Below are positions 50,901-62,168 of a stretch of 64,000 nucleotides of DNA, piece after piece. Made by a program: the position numbers and the translations under genes. The DNA comes from Kiritimatiellia bacterium. GTDB lineage: Bacteria > Verrucomicrobiota > Kiritimatiellia > JAAZAB01. The DNA lies in assembly GCA_040767085.1 (NCBI GenBank), contig JAXGPF010000003.1:416001-480000 (forward strand), given 5' to 3'. Numbering within the stretch: the first letter of the stretch is position 1; each line of letters starts with the position of its first letter. The notes below the pieces were generated by a model. That model saw only the letters and a list, made by a program, of their open reading frames with translations. It searched no databases and had not been told where the DNA came from.

Positions 50901-52660
50901 GGCGTCGAGCAATAAGGAGCGCACGTGCGAAAACATGGGAAGCGCAGCCCGCCGGTGCCGGATATCGAAGTTAACCGTTCAGGGATTCGGGTATCTGAAA
51001 AAGTTCCGTCATAAGGATTGCCGTGAAAACAAAATCACCGGCGGCGCAGTCAACAGGATGTTCTGCCGCCGGCTGCGATCGAATTATCCGTCTTCCGCAA
51101 AAAATCTGCCGCCGCGCGCACGCAGGCATTGGCTGTCGCGGCGTTGTCGCGGAAAACACCGGTCTCACGGCTGGCCGCCGCCAGCGGTGTCAGCCGGAAG
51201 TTTGTGTATCGGCAATCGGCAAAAGCGAACAATATTTTAGACCAAGCGTTCGACGACAAATTCCCCTGAAACGAGGAGGTCTTGTTTTATCTGCCGGTGA
51301 CAAAGGCATGGCTCCCCGTAAGCCGTTCTCGGTCTGGTTTTAATCAGCGTCACAGCTCATTCCGGGGCGTGGTGGAGTTCATGCGCGACCTGCTGGACTT
51401 CGATATTTCCATTGGCTCGTGCATAACACGCTTATGGATGCCGTTGGCAAAGCTAAACCGTTAACGCCAGGCGTTTGGGTCTGTCAGAGTCGGCGCCCCG
51501 CTGATGAAATATTCCAGGCGCGGCAGCCGGTATTGGTCGGCGCGGACGCTGATTCCACATATTGCTATCTTTTGAGTCTGGAAAACTCGCGCGATGGCGA
51601 CACATGGGCATTGCGGCTGATGGAGCTCGGCGACAAAGGCCTTCAGCCGGATTACACTGTTGCCGACGGCGGCTTGGGACTCCGAGCCGTCGGGCAAACG
51701 CTGGCATGGCCGGATATTTCATGCCGAGGAGATGTGTTTCACGCACTCTTGGATATGGGGCGACTGACGGTATATCTGGAGAATCGCGCATTCGGCGCAA
51801 TGTCGGCTCTCGAAAAACGGAGGCAAAAATGACCAAAGCAAAAAGAAAAGGCAATGGCAACAAATACTCGAAACGTCTCGCCGTGGCCAGTCCAGGCCGA
51901 AGCCGCGGCTATCAATCTGGCCGATGATATAAGCACCTTGGCCGGATGGCTGCCACCGGCGTATATTCTTTCTCTGGCGGGCGGCAACGTTGACACCCGC
52001 CGGCAACTGTTGGATTTCGTGATTGAATCGTTGCGGCAAAGAGAACATCTGCGTCCGCACAGAATCCAGCCGGTGCGTGTCATGTTGGAAAACCAACGCG
52101 ACCTGCTCCTGGCCTTTGCGCAGGAAATAGACGATAGGCTCATTGCATCCGCCAACGAACTCAGCTTGGATCATCCGACCATGCGCCGGCTCTTTAATCA
52201 GCGCATCAAGGAACGCGCGTCCGACCAGGACCACATTGCTGATGATATTCCGTGTGAACAATCAGATGAACAATCAGAGCGCGCGGAGCAAAGCGTCCGG
52301 AAAATCATCGCCGGCACGTTGTCCGCGCCAGCTCCATTATTGAGAACATCAACAGCCGTCTCCGGCGCTACTTTTCCTGCGCCGCCAGATCGGAAACGGC
52401 TATCTGGACCTACTCCGTTTCTTCTTCAACCATCGGCGATTCCTGCGCGGTAGACATCCCGAGCGCGTTGATAAAAGTCCCGCCGGAGTACTATCCGGCA
52501 AAACTCATCCTGCTGGCTGAATTGCTGAGGTTTGGAAATGTTCAAGCGCAGCCAGACAAACCATAATCCCGCCCAAGTCCGATCAAATTCTTGCGCATTC
52601 ATGCGTGACAGGCGTATACTGCCTTCTGTTACCCAAAAAGGCATGTTTTTGAACCATGCC
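50901..52660 (+). mobile_element. Degraded IS-like element with multiply frameshifted DDE-type transposase
   Basis: Fragments across frames: GVSRKFVYRQ (HTH), FYLPVTKAW, SSFRGVVEF, ADEIFQ, VADGGLG, DVFH, SSIIENINSRLR and FFFNHRRF. Weak imperfect terminal repeats GGCGTCGAGCAATA / rc GGCATGGTTCAAAA; ends uncertain. Confidence 0.6.
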
Positions 52661-52929
52661 CGTTTATCTGTTTTCCTGGTTTTTGCATTCATAAAAAAGA
52701 TACCAATCCGGTTGTAATCGCCGCGCTGTGGGCGGCATGCGCAACAAAGTTGCGCCGCTACAGAAGATTCATAACTTGACAACGATGTAAATACAATAAA
52801 GTTTTTTCATGATTGCCGGAGCCGGCAGAAAAATTCCGCCGGCATAGGCTTGACAATCAGGCTGGTTTTGCGATTATGGCGGGTTAACAGGTCATGTTAA
52901 AGCAATGTTTTCAAGGTTGGCAAAAGAAA

Positions 52930-54315
52930 ATGGACAACCGCATCCCCCAACGATCCGCCCCGCCGGAACCGGAACAGGCCGCGGCGGCCGTGCGCCCGCC
53001 TATTTGCAATTGGACGCCGGAGCATGAGCCGCCGGAAATTGCGGCGTTTTTCGCCCGGCCGGCCTTCGACCCCCGGGCCGAGCAAATCGCGCGCGAAGCC
53101 CTGGCGGACATCCGGGCGCGGGGGGACGCGGCCGTGCTGGATTGCATCCGCAAATTTGAAAATCAAACCCTGGCCGCGGATAATTTGCGGGTCTCCCGGC
53201 CGGAGATCAACGCGGCCCGCGAGCAGGTGGACAGCGATTTCGTCGCCGCCTGCCGCGAGGCCCATGCCCGGATCGCGCAATTCGCCCGCGCGGGGATGAA
53301 GAAGGATTGGACCACCGCCACCCCCAAGGGCGGCGTGGTGGGCGAACAATTTTCGCCTTTGGAGCGCGTCGGCGCTTACGTCCCCGGCGGCGCCGCCCCG
53401 CTGGTCTCCACCGCCCTGATGACCATTACCCTGGCGAAGGCGGCCGGGGTGCCGGAAATCGTCGCCTGCTCGCCCGCGGCGGCGGACGGCGCGATGAACC
53501 CTTACCTGCTCTATGCCATGGAAATGGCCGGCGCCACGGAAATTTACCGTATCGGCGGCATCCAGGCCATCGGCGCCATGGCCTACGGCACGGCCACGAT
53601 TAAAAAAGTCCTGAAGATCGTGGGCCCGGGCGGCCCCTATGTGACCGCCGCCAAGCGCCAGGTGTATGGCGCCGCGGCGCTGGACCTGGTGGCTGGGCCC
53701 AGCGAAATCGCCATCCTGGCCGACGACAGCGCCGTGCCCGAACAGGTGGCCGCGGACCTGCTCTCGCAGGCGGAACACGGCACGGGCAGCGAAAAAATTC
53801 TGCTGGTCACCACTGCCGCGCGACTGGCGCAGGCGGTGCAAGTTGAACTGGCGCGCCAGACGGCGACCCTGACCCGCCGTGACGCTATCCGCCGGATTTT
53901 GGACGATGGCGCGCTGATTGTGGTGGTCAACCACCTGGATCACGGCATGGAATTATGCAACCGGTTTGCCCCGGAACATCTGGAGATCATCGTCCGCGAG
54001 CCGCGCAACTGGCTGAAAAAAGTGCGCAATGCCGGGGCCGTCTTTGTCGGCGCCTGGACGCCCGAATGCGTGGGCGACTTCGTGGCCGGCCCCAGCCATG
54101 TCCTGCCCACGGGCGGCGCCGCGGCCATGTTTTCCGGGCTGACGGTGGACGATTTCCGCAAGCGCACCAGCGTCATTTCCTTCACCCGCGCCGATTTGCA
54201 CGCAACGCTCGATACGATTGAGACCTTCGGCCGGGTGGAAGGACTGGACGCCCACGCCCGCTCCGCGCGTATCCGGTTCGCCAAAACCGCGCCGCCGCCG
54301 GCCAGCCTTGAATAA
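52930..54315 (+). CDS. hisD: Histidinol dehydrogenase
   Basis: YVPGG, IVGPG, AGPSE, DLLSQAEH, APEHL and AGPSHVLPT motifs. Confidence 0.97.
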   Translation: MDNRIPQRSAPPEPEQAAAAVRPPICNWTPEHEPPEIAAFFARPAFDPRAEQIAREALADIRARGDAAVLDCIRKFENQTLAADNLRVSRPEINAAREQVDSDFVAACREAHARIAQFARAGMKKDWTTATPKGGVVGEQFSPLERVGAYVPGGAAPLVSTALMTITLAKAAGVPEIVACSPAAADGAMNPYLLYAMEMAGATEIYRIGGIQAIGAMAYGTATIKKVLKIVGPGGPYVTAAKRQVYGAAALDLVAGPSEIAILADDSAVPEQVAADLLSQAEHGTGSEKILLVTTAARLAQAVQVELARQTATLTRRDAIRRILDDGALIVVVNHLDHGMELCNRFAPEHLEIIVREPRNWLKKVRNAGAVFVGAWTPECVGDFVAGPSHVLPTGGAAAMFSGLTVDDFRKRTSVISFTRADLHATLDTIETFGRVEGLDAHARSARIRFAKTAPPPASLE

Positions 54316-54317
54316 GC

Positions 54318-55394
54318 ATGCAAAATTCCGAAAACCTGATTCGTGCCAGCGTCCGGAGGATGCAGGGCTACACTCCCGGAGAACAGCCCACTGATCCGGC
54401 GGTCACCAAGCTCAATACCAACGAAAACCCCTACCCGCCCTCGCCCCTGGTGCGCGAGGCGCTTGCCGCTTACGCCGCCGACAGTCTCCGGCTTTACCCC
54501 GACCCGCTCTGCAAAACCGTCCGCCGCGCCCTAGCCGACTTGCACCATTGCGACATCGAGCAGGTTTTTTTCGGCAACGGCTCGGATGAAATCCTGCGCC
54601 TGTGCGCCGAGGCTTTCGTGGGCAACGACGGCGCCATCGGATATTTCGATCCGTCATACTCGCTTTACCCGGTGCTGACCCAAATTCGCGATGTCCGGGC
54701 GCTGCCGGTCCCGCTTAACCGCGCGCTGGACTGGCCCGACCCCGATCCGGCGGCCGCGGATTTGTTTTTCCTGACCAATCCCAACGCGCCCGGCGGGCGG
54801 CATTATCCGGCCGCGCAGGTGGAACAGTTCTGCCGCCAGGCGCGCGGCGTGGTGGTGATTGATGAAGCTTACGTGGATTTTGCCGAGTTTGACTGCGCGC
54901 GGCTGGCTTTGACCCTGCCCAACACCCTGGCGCTGCGGACCCTGTCCAAATCTTATTCCCTCGCCGGCCTGCGCGCCGGGTACGCTCTCGGCCCGCCGCC
55001 GCTGATCGCGGCCATGTACAAGATCAAGGATTCCTACAATGTCAACCGCCTGATACAGGCGCTGGCATTCGCGGCCATCAACGATCAGGCATACATGCGG
55101 GCGCAAGTGAACAGGATCAAGCAGACCCGACGGCGCCTGGCCGGAGAATTAACGCGGATGGGGTGCGAGGTCTGGCCCTCGTCCGCCAATTTCCTCTGGT
55201 TGGTCCCGCCGGCGCCCGGCGCGGCGCGGCTGTATGAACTGCTGAAGGAACGCGGCATCCTGGTGCGCTATTTCCCCGGGCCGCGCACCGGCGCCAACCT
55301 GCGCATCAGCATCGGCACGGACGCGCAGACCGACCGGCTGCTGGAAACCATGCGCGCGCTGGGCCTGCAACCGCCCCGGCGGGGCGGGGTGTAA
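54318..55394 (+). CDS. hisC: Histidinol-phosphate aminotransferase
   Basis: YTPGEQP, KLNTNENPY, GNGSDE, IDEAY and RTLSKSYSLAGLRAG motifs. Confidence 0.97.
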   Translation: MQNSENLIRASVRRMQGYTPGEQPTDPAVTKLNTNENPYPPSPLVREALAAYAADSLRLYPDPLCKTVRRALADLHHCDIEQVFFGNGSDEILRLCAEAFVGNDGAIGYFDPSYSLYPVLTQIRDVRALPVPLNRALDWPDPDPAAADLFFLTNPNAPGGRHYPAAQVEQFCRQARGVVVIDEAYVDFAEFDCARLALTLPNTLALRTLSKSYSLAGLRAGYALGPPPLIAAMYKIKDSYNVNRLIQALAFAAINDQAYMRAQVNRIKQTRRRLAGELTRMGCEVWPSSANFLWLVPPAPGAARLYELLKERGILVRYFPGPRTGANLRISIGTDAQTDRLLETMRALGLQPPRRGGV

Positions 55395-55559
55395 GACTAA
55401 CCTTGCGCTCCGGCGGCACCAGGTCGCCAGGGGCGGGCGGATACGTGGACCGCCCCCGCGTACCGGCGCGGCGGTGATTTCAAATTGACGCTGGCGCCGC
55501 TCCGGGGTATGCTTATTACTGGATTTCACATTGTTCCAGGATATCGAGGGGAACCGCAT

Positions 55560-56150
55560 ATGCGCGCCAGAACCGCCGCCGTCAAACGCACCACCCGCGA
55601 AACCAGCATCGCCCTGTCCCTCAACCTGGATGGCCAGGGTCGTTGCCGGATCGCTTCCGGCATGCCGTTTTTAGACCACATGCTGGAACTGCTGGCCCGC
55701 CACGCCTTGCTCGACCTGCGCCTGGAAGCCCGGGGCGACCTGGCGGTGGATTATCATCATACGGTAGAAGATATCGGCTTGTGCCTGGGCCAGGCGCTGG
55801 ATGAGGCCCTGGGTCCGCGCCGGGGCATTGCGCGTTACGGACATGCTTATGTGCCGATGGACGAAGCGCTCTGCCGGGCCGCGGTGGACCTGGGCGGCCG
55901 TCCGTTCCTGCATTATGAAATTGCCTGCCGCAAGCAGAAAATCCGGGATTTCAATCTCGGTCTGATCGAGGAAATGCTGCGCGCCTTCACCGTGCAGGGC
56001 CGGCTTAACCTGCACATTACGCATTTCTACGGCAAAGACCCGCACCATGCCGTGGAGTCGGTATTCAAGGCCCTCGCGCGCGCCCTGCGCATGGCGCTGG
56101 CGCGCGATCCGCGCGAAACCGGCATACCATCCAGCAAGGGGCGGATATGA
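55560..56150 (+). CDS. hisB: Imidazoleglycerol-phosphate dehydratase
   Basis: RTTRET, FLDHML, HHTVED, PMDEAL, HHAVESVFKA and PSSKG motifs. Confidence 0.97.
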   Translation: MRARTAAVKRTTRETSIALSLNLDGQGRCRIASGMPFLDHMLELLARHALLDLRLEARGDLAVDYHHTVEDIGLCLGQALDEALGPRRGIARYGHAYVPMDEALCRAAVDLGGRPFLHYEIACRKQKIRDFNLGLIEEMLRAFTVQGRLNLHITHFYGKDPHHAVESVFKALARALRMALARDPRETGIPSSKGRI

Positions 56151-56884
56151 AGTCCGGCTTCACGGTCATACCCGCCATTGACCTGCGCGGCGGACAATGC
56201 GTCCGCTTGCGCCAGGGTCTGGCCAGCCAGGCCACCGTTTATTCCAGCGCGCCCGAGGATATGGCCCGCCACTGGGCCGCGCAGGGCGCCGCCGCCCTGC
56301 ATATCGTGGACCTGGACGGCGCTTTCGCCGGCCGGCCGGCGCACACGGACGTGATCCGCGCCATGATCGCCGCCGTCCGCCATATCCCCGTGCAGGTCGG
56401 CGGCGGCTTGCGCACCGACGAGGATGTGCAGAACGTGCTCGACGCCGGCGCCGCGCGGGCGATCATCGGCACGCGCGCCTTGAGTTCGGCAGCGGAACTC
56501 CGGCGCCTGGCCGGCAAATTCGGCCAGCGTCTGGCCGTGGGCATTGACGCCCGCAATGGGATGGTCCAGGTCAGGGGCTGGACGGAAACCACCACCACGG
56601 ACGCCGCAGATCTCGCCCGGAGCGCCGCCGAGGCCGGCATCCACACGATCATTTACACCGACACCGCCACCGACGGGATGCTGCAAGGGCCCAATTACCC
56701 GGCCCTGGAGCGCCTGTGCCGCGCCGCCGCCTGCCGGGTGATTGCCTCCGGCGGCGTAGCCGCGGCGGAACATATCCGCCGCCTGGCGCAGATGCAATTG
56801 CCCAACCTGGCCGGCGTCATCGTCGGCAAGGCCCTTTACGAACAAACCGCCACGCTGCCGGAACTGCTGGAGGCAGCGGGATGA
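56147..56884 (+). CDS. hisA: ProFAR isomerase
   Basis: IPAIDLRGGQCVRLRQG, HIVDLDGA, QVGGGLR, IASGG and VGKALYE motifs. Confidence 0.97.
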   Translation: MKSGFTVIPAIDLRGGQCVRLRQGLASQATVYSSAPEDMARHWAAQGAAALHIVDLDGAFAGRPAHTDVIRAMIAAVRHIPVQVGGGLRTDEDVQNVLDAGAARAIIGTRALSSAAELRRLAGKFGQRLAVGIDARNGMVQVRGWTETTTTDAADLARSAAEAGIHTIIYTDTATDGMLQGPNYPALERLCRAAACRVIASGGVAAAEHIRRLAQMQLPNLAGVIVGKALYEQTATLPELLEAAG

Positions 56885-57045
56885 TGGCGCGCGACAACGG
56901 TTTTGCATATACAAGATTGACCATGCGGCTGTAGTGGCGCCACTGCGTTGCGCAATCCGCTTGGGTTCGGGGAATGACGTATACCGTGCGGCCGCTACAG
57001 ACGGAGGGTTTGGCGCCGGTTTAGAAAACTAAAGGTTGTTTCAGC

Positions 57046-58329
57046 ATGATTTTGAACGCTCAGATTTCCACCCTGCCGAACGGACTGCGCGTGGCGAGTT
57101 CCACCATGCCCGGGCTGCAAAGCGCGGCCATGGGCGTCTGGGTGGGTGTAGGCGGCCGGCATGAATGCCGCACCACGACCGGCATCAGCCATTTCATCGA
57201 ACACATGCTGTTCAAGGGCACCACCCAGCGCAGCGCCCGGGAAATCACCCGCGCCATCGAGGGACGCGGCGGCTATTTCAACGCATTCACCCAGGAAGAA
57301 TCCACCTGTTATTACGCCCGCGCGGCAGGCCGGCATCTCTGGCATGTCCTGGAGGTCATGGCCGACATGTACCTCCGGCCGCGGTTCGCCGCGGATGATA
57401 TCGCGCGCGAAAAAGACGTCATCCTGGAAGAACTCCAGATGATCAACGACCAGCCGGAGCAATTGGTGCAGGAGATGCTCAACACCATGCTCTGGCGCAA
57501 TCACGAGCTGGGCCGGCCGCTCACCGGCACGCCGGAAACCCTGCAAAGGATCAACCGCGAACATCTGTTGGCCTTTAAAAACAAGAAATATGTTCCTGAA
57601 AACACGCTCTTCGTGTTTGCCGGGCCCATGGCGCACGCGGAATGCATCGCCCAAACCCACGCGCTCACGCGGCGCCTGCGGCGCAAACCCGAGCCGGTCT
57701 ACCGCCTGGTGACCCGGTCCGTCGAGCAGGAGCGGCTGCAATTGCGCGCCCGGGAGATCGAGCAGACCCACCTGGCGCTGGGTTTCCGCCTGTTCGGCCG
57801 GTTCGACAAGCGCCGGTACGCCCTGCGCCTGCTGAACGTGGTGCTGGGCGAAAACATGAGTTCCCGCCTCTTTCAGAGCGTCCGCGAAAAACACGGTCTG
57901 GCTTACGCGGTACATTCCGCCGCGCAATTGTTCGCCGATACCGGCGTCCTGGCGGTCAGCGCCGGCGTGGACACCAGCCGCGCCGACCGCGCGCTGGAGC
58001 TGATCGTGCGGGAATTAAATGTCCTGAAAAAAACCGCCGTGCCGGCGCGCGAGATGGCGGAAGCCCGCGAATACGCCATCGGCAGCCTGCTGCTCGCCTT
58101 GGAAAATCCCGCCGGCCACATGCACTGGCTGGGCGAAAGCATTCTCAACTACGGACGGATTGTCCCGCCCGAGGAAATCATTGCCGGCCTGAACGCCGTT
58201 GCGGCGGAAGACCTGCGCCGGCTGGCCGGCGAATTTTTCCGACCCGACCGCACCAGCCTGGCGGTGCTGACCGGCGCCAAGTCCGCCATTTCCGCGCGGC
58301 GGGCGGAGACGCTGCTGGACGCACTGTGA
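57046..58329 (+). CDS. M16 family (pitrilysin-like) zinc peptidase
   Basis: HFIEHMLFKG (HxxEH), NAFT and SSRLFQSVREKHGLAY motifs. Confidence 0.95.
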   Translation: MILNAQISTLPNGLRVASSTMPGLQSAAMGVWVGVGGRHECRTTTGISHFIEHMLFKGTTQRSAREITRAIEGRGGYFNAFTQEESTCYYARAAGRHLWHVLEVMADMYLRPRFAADDIAREKDVILEELQMINDQPEQLVQEMLNTMLWRNHELGRPLTGTPETLQRINREHLLAFKNKKYVPENTLFVFAGPMAHAECIAQTHALTRRLRRKPEPVYRLVTRSVEQERLQLRAREIEQTHLALGFRLFGRFDKRRYALRLLNVVLGENMSSRLFQSVREKHGLAYAVHSAAQLFADTGVLAVSAGVDTSRADRALELIVRELNVLKKTAVPAREMAEAREYAIGSLLLALENPAGHMHWLGESILNYGRIVPPEEIIAGLNAVAAEDLRRLAGEFFRPDRTSLAVLTGAKSAISARRAETLLDAL

Positions 58330-58387
58330 GGCGCGCGCCGGCGCGGCGCCGCCCCGCGCGTAGGAAACCCGCAAAGCTATAAACACC

Positions 58388-59529
58388 ATGAATAATACCG
58401 CTTCCGCCCAGCCCAAAAAATTCTTCCGCGGCAAAGTCTTCCCCGTCTTGCTGGGACTGCTGGTGATTATCCTGGCCCTGCTGGCGGGGGCGCACCTGGT
58501 GCTGGAACGTCATTGTGCTGTCATGGCCCGGCAACGGATTCTGCCCTGGCTTCAGGCGCGCTACCAGGCCAATGTGCAGCTGCAGAACATTTCCATCAAC
58601 ATCCTGACAGGCGTGCTGGTGGTGGAAGGCGCTACCATCGGCAATCCGCCCGGCTTTGCCGGCGCCGCCATAGCCGAGATGCCGCACTTTCGCCTGCGGC
58701 TGGCGCTGCACGACCTCTGGCGCAAAGACACCGTCACCATCCGCAGCCTGCGCATCCGTGACGCCCGGCTCAACCTTATCCGCAATCCGCAAGGGCAGTT
58801 GAACCTGGCCGGCGCGCGCGAGCTGCCGGCGGCGGCGCGCCGGGTTCATCCGGACCGGACGCACGGCCGGCCACGCCGGAATCGTCCCGGCCGCCGATGC
58901 TGGAAAAACCGCCGCGCCTGGCGGTTGACAAAGCGCGCATCCATACGCGCTTACTGTATGTGCTCACAGCCCGATTTTCCAGCCGGCGCCCCTGGAACTG
59001 GAACTGGACCTGCAGATTGCCCTGGACCGCCTGGCCAACTACGGCCGGAACGACAGGTTAACCGGAAGGTTACAGGTGGATGGCACCATCTGCGCCGCCG
59101 GCCGCACGCCCCTGGAATTGCGCGGCCGGATGGCGCGCTGACGGACCGCATCAATTGACCTTCGAACTCACCGGCTCCACCAAGCCGTTCAACTTGACCG
59201 ACGCCCCGCCGCTGGCCGCCTGGCTGGGCGTGGAGCAGGGATTGGCCGCCTGCACGATCACGCTGGCCGTGAGCAACAACGTTCTGGACCCCGACAAATC
59301 CATCCTGCATTTCAACTTCAGCGAAGCGCGCCTGGCCCCGGCGGCCCGCCGGCGCCTGCACGGCATCGCCCTGCCGCGGGTTTTCACACTGCGCATTCCG
59401 CTCAGCGGCACGCTGGAATCGCCCCACGCCGACTTCGAAGCCGCGATCGCCGGCCTGCTGACCAGCGACGATGTCATCGAGATCTTTTTTGCAGGGACTC
59501 TACCAGGCTGGCGGCCAGGCCGGCGCTGA
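58388..59529 (+). pseudogene. AsmA/DUF748-like membrane-anchored protein, frameshifted
   Basis: N-terminal TM segment and IGNPPGF; C-terminal LRIPLSGTLESP lies in another frame, with several apparent 1-nt indels at 58.8-59.15 kb. Confidence 0.6.
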
Positions 59530-59661
59530 CGCTGCGGCCCAGGCGCCGGCGGCACTACCGTAACACATCTGCTGACCACGGCTTGCGCATAAGACATGCC
59601 CTAAGTCGGGACGAGGCGTCACCTCGGATCGCCTTTATTTTCTAAATTCGGATGTTTTAGT

Positions 59662-59729
59662 GCCTTAAACCACAGCACCTGCCAAAAAAAACAAGAAAAT
59701 CGGAGGGCAGGTGCTGTGGTTTTTAAGGC
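59662..59729. repeat. Long inverted repeat (22-24 bp arms)
   Basis: GCCTTAAACCACAGCACCTGCC ... GGCAGGTGCTGTGGTTTTTAAGGC. Confidence 0.75.
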
Positions 59730-59972
59730 GCAGTGCAAGTGCAGGCAACAAGTACAGGCTTGTCCAGTAGCAACTGGATGCAGTCAGTCCGGCATAGCCG
59801 GACAGGGAGCGGATGATTCCGGATTGGTTCCGGATCAAACTACACTTTCACTTGTACCTTGCACTTTCGACGGCAGTCCGGCGGCCGCCGGATTGTGGCC
59901 GCAGGCCGCCTTGTTAGTTTCTTGCGGTCGCTCAGGTAACCCATGTTGTTTTTATCTAGCCAAATTTTTTAC

Positions 59973-61351
59973 TGTTCGTAACAAGTCAAGTGTCCGCTTT
60001 TTTGTAACAAGTGATCTGTCCGATTTGTTATTGTGTGTTGTTGCTCCTGGGGTGAGGATTTTCCCTCCCCCGCGGGGAAGAAAAAGTTTATGCGACGTCC
60101 TCCAGCGACGCCGAAATGTTCAACGGTCCTTGGTAGCGGCCAACCACATGCGGGCCATAACGGATGGACACCGTGCCATCGAGGTGCTCGCAGACTTTAA
60201 CCCGGCACTTGGCGAAGCTGAAACGCCATTTTGATGGTCCAATCTGCAAGCGGCGACTCCCGACAGCCACGGTATTGTCATTTTGAACCTCTCGCGCATG
60301 CTGCACAGAAAATGCTGTCCAAATCCTGCTCACCGCAAGGCACGAAACACGTTCCTGTTTCCCGCGCCTTCACCTTCATGTTGCGATTGAAGGAAGGCAG
60401 AAACTGTTGTTGAATATAGACGTTGGCCTCGGCCATCGTCCGGATTCCCGCCTGCCTTAATTCCTGCGGCAGGCGCTGCGCCAGGTCTTAAACATCCGCT
60501 CTATTCGCCCACGTCCCTGGGGGCTATAGCTCGGAATATGTTCGATCCCCAACTGTTGCAACGCCCGTCCAATTTGCGTCAATTGACGCCGGTCCACCCG
60601 CCCCGCCTTCTTTGGGCGTATAAAAGAAATGACTGCCACGATCCGTGTACAGACTGCAGAAAACCCCATGTTTAATAATGACTTCTTTCAACCCCTTCAT
60701 CACCGTTAATGTCCCTTCCTGGGGCACAAGATAGGCCGTGTAGACTTCGCTGGTGGCATCGTCCATCACCAGGATCGAATCCTGCTTCTGGCCCGCCAGC
60801 AGGGGCAACCAGGCATGGGTGCTGCCATCCACCATCAACATCATCCCCGCCATTGGTCGCCGTTCCCGCTGCTGCCGATGCGGCCCTCGTTTCCGGGCCT
60901 TCGCCACCAACCCGGCCGTCTGCAAGGCGCTCTTGACCCACTGATAACTGAGCTCGATCCCATGCTCCGCCTGCAGCTTCTCGTGAAAATGCCTCACATT
61001 GAAATCCATGTATTCTTCTCGGTACAACCTCAGCACCTGCTTCACCGTCGCAAGGGGCACGCGCCGCGGCGGTATCTTCCGCCGACGATCCAGCAGCCCG
61101 TCGTAACCATACCGCTCGCGCGCCCTTTCCAGCGCCGCATGGTCGGTAGCTCACACCTAGTATCTCCGCCGCCTCCCACCACATTAACCGCCCTTCAATC
61201 GCACGCAAGATCACTTCCTGTACCTTCATTGCCCGCTCCAGTGCTGCCTTCGGATATTCATCCATATAACCCCCTTTGAATGCACCATCCTGACAGCTTT
61301 AAGCGGACAAATCATTTGTTAATTATGCGGCCAAGTCATTTGTTTACGACA
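59973..61351 (-). mobile_element. IS1202-like (ISNCY) insertion sequence, ~1.38 kb
   Basis: TGT...ACA ends, each carrying two sub-terminal repeats (AACAAGTGATCTGTCCG vs AACAAATGATTTGTCCG); no flanking direct repeat seen. Confidence 0.8.
60088..61265 (-). pseudogene. ISNCY/IS1202-type DDE transposase, frameshifted
   Basis: EAAEILGVS HTH, FNVRHFHEKL, DGSTHAW, MDDATS, YTDRGSHF, SPQGRGRIER and REVQNDNTV spread over several frames. Confidence 0.85.
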
Positions 61352-62168
61352 GAGCGCAGAACAGATGGTCGAGTTCTACCTACAGAAGGGTCCCCGCATC
61401 TTCGCTGACATCGCAGGCGCCCGTACTCTCCAGCACTGGTTCCACAGGAAATTCCCTAAAGACGTACTCAGAGATGCGCTGCGTGACCCGCAAGTCTTCG
61501 GTGAGAAGACACTGGGCGAAAGCGTCAAGCGACTAGTCATCCCTTCATACAATCTGGGCGAAGACGATGTTTATCTCTTCAAGACGCCGCATCATGAACG
61601 ACTTAAGCGTGATTGGAAAGTGCCAGCATGGCAGGTGGCATTGGCCACCAGTGCTGCACCGACATACTTCCCTGCAAGTCGGTATGTGGAAAACGTGCGA
61701 CACATTGATGGGGGAGTTTGGGCCAACAACCCTATCATGGTAGGCGTTGTTGAGGCCGTAAGCATGCTGTCGGTGCCTCTTGAAAGCATCTATGTGCTAA
61801 GTCTTGGCACATCAGATGCCGTTGTTCGACGTCCATCTTCTTTGGACTCCGGCGGGAAGTTAAAATGGGCGAACCATGCGGCGCAACTGATTATGCGTGG
61901 GCAAAGTCTTGGCGCATGGAAACAGGTAAGCCACCTTCTTGGCGACGGTAGAGTCAGTAGAATCGACCCCAAAGTCCCAGATGGGCTTTTTGCTCTGGAT
62001 AAGGCTAACACGGGAAAAGAACTTATCGCTAAAGCCGCGCATGAAAGCAGGATTCACATGCCGGAGATTGAAGCAAGATTTATGGGCCATAAAAGTGGTG
62101 ACTATGTCCCATGTCATGGGGGAGTGCCATCTAGAGGAGCCGAAGAGGAGAGCAACAATGCTAATTGA
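61352..62168 (+). pseudogene. CBASS patatin-like phospholipase effector (CapV-like), 5'-truncated at the IS end
   Basis: FKTPHH, ATSAAPTYFP, DGGVWANNP and LSLGT present; the GGGxxG loop and GxSxG nucleophile are absent. The frame starts right at the IS end (SAEQMVEFY). Confidence 0.85.

Noticed and set aside
59930-59972. Xer-site target next to the IS1202-like element
   Set aside because: No convincing 11-6-11 dif-like match.
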